From positions 7,912-71,911 of the IMG/VR virus record IMGVR_UViG_3300035698_008252: a stretch of 64,000 bases of DNA. One strand, given 5' to 3'. The stretch comes from a virus. The translations under genes and the position numbers were made by a program. Shown here piece after piece: positions 59,204-64,000 of this stretch. Every line of letters begins with the position of its first letter. The stretch's first letter is position 1. The notes below the pieces were generated by a model that saw only the letters and a program-made list of their open reading frames with translations, was not told the origin of the DNA and searched no databases.

Positions 59204-61592
59204 AGTTTTCCTCGAATTTAAGTAATACATCCTCTACGGATATATCGTGAATGTTAGTACAGTCTATATTACCCTTCATACATTGTCTGCTCCAACTACC
59301 TGTTTTCCACCAGCATGTAGGGCATTTATCTTTATATATATTTATGTTATCAGTGTAACCATAAAGTGTAGGATTAGTAGCACCGAATAATACAATAGAT
59401 TTAGTACCAACAGCATGAGCTAGATGAGTTATACCACCCTCATTATCAATATGTAATTTGCTGAGTTTTAGTAGGTAAGATAAATAAATTAAATTATCAA
59501 CAGAAATTTTTGTAGCTCCTGGGATAGTTACCTCTGATTTTGTACCTAACTGAATTACATTAATATTTTTCTCTTTTAAAATAGATACAAGCCTAGACCA
59601 CCTATCGCTAGACCAAAGTTTCATAACACCTTTACCCTGGTCGCAACCAGAATGAATAGTAATATAATTAGTAGGTAATTTGTATCTATCTAAATACCTA
59701 GTAGTAAGATTCTCATCTAAAGGTATTAAGGGTATTTGTAAATCAGAGGGTATAATATCTAAGCCCGTACATTTAGCGTAATAGTAGAATACAAATTCAT
59801 TAGAGTTTTTAATAATATCAGCAGAAGCTAAATTCCAATTATCATGCTTAACTCTATCCATCTTAGCATTTAATTCAGGATTATTATTATACCAGACATA
59901 AGGATAATGACCGAACTCATAAGCAATATCATAGTTGTTTCTATTTTCGGATACTGTAGTTCCCCAATTCTTACTAGAGGAACAACCTTTAATATTAGGA
60001 TAGTCAAATAGAAATAATTGAGATTGGTGTGAGTCTCTAACGTAAGCATCTATAATACTATCTGGATATTTCCTAGCAATAGCCCTGCATAGATAACCTA
60101 GCATAATACTATCACCAATACCGCCCATCCAGAAAGCACATATTCTAAGTTTAGGGTGTGAAGGTCTAGGAGTTACTATATTTAAACCTTTAGATATAAT
60201 CTTATCCTCGTCAATAGGCTTTGATTTTAAATTTATATCTTGAGTTTTAGAAATATTAATAGTATCAGGTTTTTTACCTCTACCATTCTTAAGCCAATAA
60301 GCTCTAATATGCTTTATAATAAGAGCCCAATCGAAATAATCATAACAAGATTTCTTACCTAAGCATTGCCTAGCACCCCCACCGACAAACTGACCACCAG
60401 CACAATGATAACAAGAAACATTAGGAGTAAAAGCTTTAAAATTTTTATAAGTACCGCATCTCCAATCTACTGGAAAATAACTTATCAATCCGAATGTAGG
60501 TTTTTCTAGAGCCCCAGCTATATGGAGTGTAGAAGTGTCAACGGTAAGAACCATATCCATCTGAGATATTAAAACAAATAAATCACGCAATGATAATTGT
60601 TTAGATAAATTAATACACTGTTTAAAACTGTGGTCTCTTAGTGAAGATGTAAATACTGATATACCTTTAGATGTTAAAATATTCATAACTGACTGTGTTT
60701 TAGCGTCAGGTATTCTATTATCACTTCTATTGCTATCAAAACCAAAAAATAATTTAGTTTTGTATGCCCCCCACTTTTGTTTTCCTAGCTTTATTTCCTC
60801 GTCGGTAAAAATAATCTCAGGTCGTTTAATAACTAAATCGTTTTTAGATAAACCACACAAATAGGCAATGGAATAAATTCTATTCTGTTTGTTGAAATCT
60901 AGTCTGTAATCATTTAAAGACTGACCAAAATGAAGCCAATGAATTTTTGAGAAATTACCCGTACTAATCTCAGACTTACTAGTGAAGAACCCTTCAATAT
61001 AAGGAAGATTAGCGTAGCAAGCTTGTCTCTCTTTAACACAAAGTATAAAAACTTTTTTATTTAGTTTTTCAGCTAAAGTCTTAATAGTAGGAATACACAT
61101 TAGATGGTCTCCTACACCGCCTGTAATATCTAATAAAACATTATTCTCGCACTTAGTATAAAGTTCACTTAAATTAAATATATCGTTATCGTATTCTAGT
61201 CTGGGAATATTGTACTGAGTAAACATACAAAAAGCCCTAGCTAATCTAGAGCTCTCTTGGTCAGAAAAACAACCTTTAAATTTTAATGGGTCTATAAATA
61301 ATGTGTGTAAAAACCACTCGAATCCAACCTGTACATAAACTACATTCTCGTTAATAATAGGATTAGCAGGTAGCTCATCACATATATAAACCACACCAAT
61401 GTTACTATCAATAGCTGTTTGTACTAAGGGATTTATTGTCTTATTGGAATAGTGTTGGCAGAATCCTACTATAGGGAATTTGCCCTTAGGTTGGTGAAAA
61501 ACATAAGATTGTCTAGATAGTAACTCACGAGGTTGCATAGGGTTAAGTTCGTAAATATTAGCTAAGTTTGTAATTAATCTTATAGAACTCAT
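59196..61592 (-). CDS. double GT9 (heptosyltransferase-like) glycosyltransferase
   Basis: Two GT9 units: GGVGDHLM..P...TVDTSTLHIAGAL.KP and GGIGDSIM...IDNEGGITHLAHAVGTKSIVLFGATNP. Confidence 0.9.
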   Translation of the reverse strand: MSSIRLITNLANIYELNPMQPRELLSRQSYVFHQPKGKFPIVGFCQHYSNKTINPLVQTAIDSNIGVVYICDELPANPIINENVVYVQVGFEWFLHTLFIDPLKFKGCFSDQESSRLARAFCMFTQYNIPRLEYDNDIFNLSELYTKCENNVLLDITGGVGDHLMCIPTIKTLAEKLNKKVFILCVKERQACYANLPYIEGFFTSKSEISTGNFSKIHWLHFGQSLNDYRLDFNKQNRIYSIAYLCGLSKNDLVIKRPEIIFTDEEIKLGKQKWGAYKTKLFFGFDSNRSDNRIPDAKTQSVMNILTSKGISVFTSSLRDHSFKQCINLSKQLSLRDLFVLISQMDMVLTVDTSTLHIAGALEKPTFGLISYFPVDWRCGTYKNFKAFTPNVSCYHCAGGQFVGGGARQCLGKKSCYDYFDWALIIKHIRAYWLKNGRGKKPDTINISKTQDINLKSKPIDEDKIISKGLNIVTPRPSHPKLRICAFWMGGIGDSIMLGYLCRAIARKYPDSIIDAYVRDSHQSQLFLFDYPNIKGCSSSKNWGTTVSENRNNYDIAYEFGHYPYVWYNNNPELNAKMDRVKHDNWNLASADIIKNSNEFVFYYYAKCTGLDIIPSDLQIPLIPLDENLTTRYLDRYKLPTNYITIHSGCDQGKGVMKLWSSDRWSRLVSILKEKNINVIQLGTKSEVTIPGATKISVDNLIYLSYLLKLSKLHIDNEGGITHLAHAVGTKSIVLFGATNPTLYGYTDNINIYKDKCPTCWWKTGSWSRQCMKGNIDCTNIHDISVEDVLLKFEENYG

Positions 61593-62242
61593 TAAATTAC
61601 TCCTAAATTCTTTAAACTATTTTTACATAATATAGTTATATTAATGCCAGGAAAATCAACTCTAAATTTACACATTTTTTTTAAAGCATAGTCTCTCCAC
61701 CAACCCTTTATTTCTATATATTCGTTTGTTTTAGGTAAATAAAAATCAGGTGTATATGAATAATCAGTACCTTTAAATGTTGTGTATTCATAAAACCAAC
61801 CTATATTAAGTCTATCTAAATATATAGCATAGGAAGCCTCCCACGAACTTCTAAAAAATATATTTTTGTATTTAATACGCTGTATAGGGGAAGGTAATTT
61901 ACCATAGCGAGGATTTCTAGTTCCAGTAGTACTACAAGATTTACATAGAGTACTATAAAAACTAACTAACTCGCTACCACAAATACTACACATAGGTTTA
62001 CTAATGCAGTTACCAGTTTTATATCTAGGATTATTAATACCTGAAATATCTCTAAGTTTAGAGAATTCTTTAGGTGAGCGTATAGCTATATCATATTTAT
62101 GTAAGTACTTTGAAATAGTACCTTTGTAGAAACCGTATTCATTAGCTATAGTTTGCTGAGATTTTTTGAGAATAATATATTGAGTATATAAAAATTCTCT
62201 ATTTAATATATTAAGTTGTTTTTCAGATAATGTGAATGCCAT
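61592..62242 (-). CDS. PD-(D/E)xK putative homing endonuclease with HTH-like and Zn modules
   Basis: FRSSWEA, YTPDFYLP, YIEIKGW; ATG 62242 after GGGAG. Confidence 0.75.
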   Translation of the reverse strand: MAFTLSEKQLNILNREFLYTQYIILKKSQQTIANEYGFYKGTISKYLHKYDIAIRSPKEFSKLRDISGINNPRYKTGNCISKPMCSICGSELVSFYSTLCKSCSTTGTRNPRYGKLPSPIQRIKYKNIFFRSSWEASYAIYLDRLNIGWFYEYTTFKGTDYSYTPDFYLPKTNEYIEIKGWWRDYALKKMCKFRVDFPGINITILCKNSLKNLGVI

Positions 62243-62265
62243 AAAATCTCCCTTTGTATACTCCA

Positions 62266-62295
62266 AGTATACCATATTTATGTATCCTGTGTCAA
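62266..62295 (-). promoter_or_regulatory. sigma70-type promoter of the TTGACACAG family
   Basis: Reverse strand: TTGACA-caggatacataaatatgg-TATACT, 18-bp spacer. Confidence 0.85.
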
Positions 62296-62304
62296 GCAGA
62301 AAAG

Positions 62305-62333
62305 AAAAAAACTACATAGTTTGGATGTAGTTT
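62305..62333 (-). terminator. intrinsic terminator (second of a tandem pair after MCP)
   Basis: Reverse strand AAACTACAT-ccaaact-ATGTAGTTT followed by a U-tract. Confidence 0.6.
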
Positions 62334-62375
62334 GTAGAATTAAAAATTAGAATTTTTCACAATGTACACCCAGAA

Positions 62376-62408
62376 GAAAAGTAGGGGAAGTATTAGTTCC
62401 CCTACTTT
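62376..62408 (-). terminator. intrinsic terminator after the major capsid gene
   Basis: Reverse strand AAAGTAGGGGAA-ctaatac-TTCCCCTACTTTT. Confidence 0.85.
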
Positions 62409-62425
62409 ATATATCAAACACTTAT

Positions 62426-63361
62426 TTACGAACTTTTGGAGATTTCAACCATAGCTTCAGCCTTAGAAGAACTATTGTTAAGAACCCATTTAAAGTCAAA
62501 ACTATAAGCAACTACTAAGAGGTCAGCTCTACGACCAGCTTTATGCTCAACGTCAACTTCCATTGTTCCGAAATAAGCAGCAAAAGCACCTTTAAGGTTA
62601 GTCAAGATAGCTTTTTCACCAGAAAGATTTGCTCTCTTTAGGACAGGTATACCATGAATAAACACAGCTTTTCTTAATCCTAGAGGTTTATATTCATCAA
62701 TATCATATCCAACCATATTCTTATCAGCAGTTTTCTTAGCAGCAGAAACAAAATCAGGAGATGCTAAAAGAACTAGGTCTTCAATGTATTCATCTTCACC
62801 GTATACGCCTAAGTCATTAACAGCTTCAGCAACAGCATCTAAAATAGATGTAGCATTAGAAGTCGTATAATTAACAGGGGCATTTGCACAATTAGCAGTT
62901 GCAGAAAGCTTTTCAATACCATCACTGATACCTAAAGCACTAGTAGCTCCTACCGTATCCGTATCACCTTTAAGTGCAAGCTTATCAGCAGTACGAGCAA
63001 CAGCTCTACTAATTTTATTCCTAAACATTGTATCCAATTTCAATTCAGGATATTGTTTAAGTTGTTTCCTTTTAAGATAGATATAAGTACCTAACTCAAC
63101 AGGTGCTAAATCAGGACTCTTAATATCGAAGTCCATTTCATTTAGAGTTGTAATATCATCAGTTGTATCAATACGATAAACCTTGTCCAAATCTTCCTCA
63201 CCAATAACAGGAATAGTTCCTTCATTAGCGATTTCAATTAGTTGGTCTCTTGCACTGATTAGTTTGAGAATAAATGATTTCTCAATAGCATCATGAATAA
63301 TTTGGTCTACCATTTCCTTTGGGAGATTAGCAGACGAGCCAGCAGGGATTACAAAATCCAT
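62426..63361 (-). CDS. major capsid protein (HK97 fold)
   Basis: LPKEMVDQII, DKLALKGD, GI.K, IHGIPV; follows scaffold; strong GGAGG RBS and terminator. Confidence 0.88.
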   Translation of the reverse strand: MDFVIPAGSSANLPKEMVDQIIHDAIEKSFILKLISARDQLIEIANEGTIPVIGEEDLDKVYRIDTTDDITTLNEMDFDIKSPDLAPVELGTYIYLKRKQLKQYPELKLDTMFRNKISRAVARTADKLALKGDTDTVGATSALGISDGIEKLSATANCANAPVNYTTSNATSILDAVAEAVNDLGVYGEDEYIEDLVLLASPDFVSAAKKTADKNMVGYDIDEYKPLGLRKAVFIHGIPVLKRANLSGEKAILTNLKGAFAAYFGTMEVDVEHKAGRRADLLVVAYSFDFKWVLNNSSSKAEAMVEISKSS

Positions 63362-63420
63362 ATCAAAGCCTCCTTATAATAATTTAAAAAAGTTTTTATT
63401 TTGCTTGTAACAATGTAAAT

Positions 63421-64000
63421 TTATGTAACTAATAGATGCGACCAGAAACCCTTTGTAGGGTCTGACGGTTCTATGTCTTTTTCAGTTTCAAGTTGTCTAA
63501 TAGCGTCAATATTATCGCTACCAACTTCCTCAACTATACGTTTAAAATTCTTCTTCATTTCGGCTACTTCAGATGATGTAGCTTCCAGTTTAGAAATCTT
63601 TTCAGATAATTGAGTAATACTCTCATTAATAGTACCAATAACAGCTAGGCTATCAGTAAGAGTTTTTACAGCTTGAGATAGTTCCTCTATTTTTTGTTCT
63701 CTAGCAGCTTTCTCTACTTCTGCTTGAGCAGCGTCTATCATAGCTTTAGCCTCTTCAGATGATTCTTCAGCTACCTCAGGTTCTTCAGTTTCAGCTTCAA
63801 CTTCGGCTTCAACTTCAACCGCAGCTTCTACTTCTACTTCTGCTTCAGGAGCTTCAACTTCGGCTTCAACTTCCGCTTCAACTTCGGCTTCAACTTCAAC
63901 CGCAGCTTCTACTTCTACTTCTGCTTCAGGAGCTTCAACTTCGGCTTCAACTTCCGCTTCAACTTCGGCTTCAACTTCAACCGCAGCTTCTACTTCTACT
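63421..64000 (-). CDS. capsid scaffold/prohead protease C-terminal part (5' end outside the window)
   Basis: Frame is open from the window end to the stop at 63421; Glu/Ala/Val repeats, then coiled coil; precedes MCP. Confidence 0.7.
   Translation of the reverse strand, partial: VEVEAAVEVEAEVEAEVEAEVEAPEAEVEVEAAVEVEAEVEAEVEAEVEAPEAEVEVEAAVEVEAEVEAETEEPEVAEESSEEAKAMIDAAQAEVEKAAREQKIEELSQAVKTLTDSLAVIGTINESITQLSEKISKLEATSSEVAEMKKNFKRIVEEVGSDNIDAIRQLETEKDIEPSDPTKGFWSHLLVT
63793..64000 (-). repeat. 81-bp (27-aa) tandem repeat in the scaffold gene
   Basis: GCAGCTTCTACTTCTACT recurs at 63821, 63902 and 63983. Confidence 0.92.

Noticed and set aside
1-64000. Genome-wide TAG stop-codon reassignment
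   Set aside because: Only one interrupted gene was found (54215). Long genes are intact in the standard code, and many end in TAG directly overlapping the next RBS (e.g. 3819, 23796, 32749).

Overview
The window is 64 kb of an AT-rich, tailed dsDNA phage genome (siphovirus-like; no integrase, repressor, tRNA or CRISPR array recognised). It has two converging arms. The + strand (1-39.4 kb) carries small accessory genes and a replication/recombination set: UDG-fused PolA, RecA, SbcCD, two resolvase-like nucleases, SSB and a primase-helicase. It also carries nucleotide-catabolic enzymes, several peptidases and a peptide deformylase, a probable split ECF-like sigma factor and, unusually, the terminase and portal genes. 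The - strand (40.1-64 kb) carries scaffold, major capsid, an ~8 kb glycosylation/polyol-phosphate cluster between capsid and head-tail connector, then neck, tape-measure and tail genes. The arms meet in a largely non-coding, hairpin- and repeat-rich zone (39.4-41.9 kb). Best leads: (1) a putative virion-decoration cluster (GT9x2, GT4, LicD, cytidylyltransferase, SDR, sulfotransferase-like); (2) a two-gene sigma2/sigma4 factor with a matching ECF-type promoter motif; (3) a dNTP -> dNMP -> base + deoxyribose-5-P -> DeoC breakdown route; (4) an unexplained 19-bp polar motif in three copies; (5) a structured ~190-nt RNA behind a strong promoter; (6) apparent GATC avoidance. All product calls come from reading motifs by eye, not from database searches.
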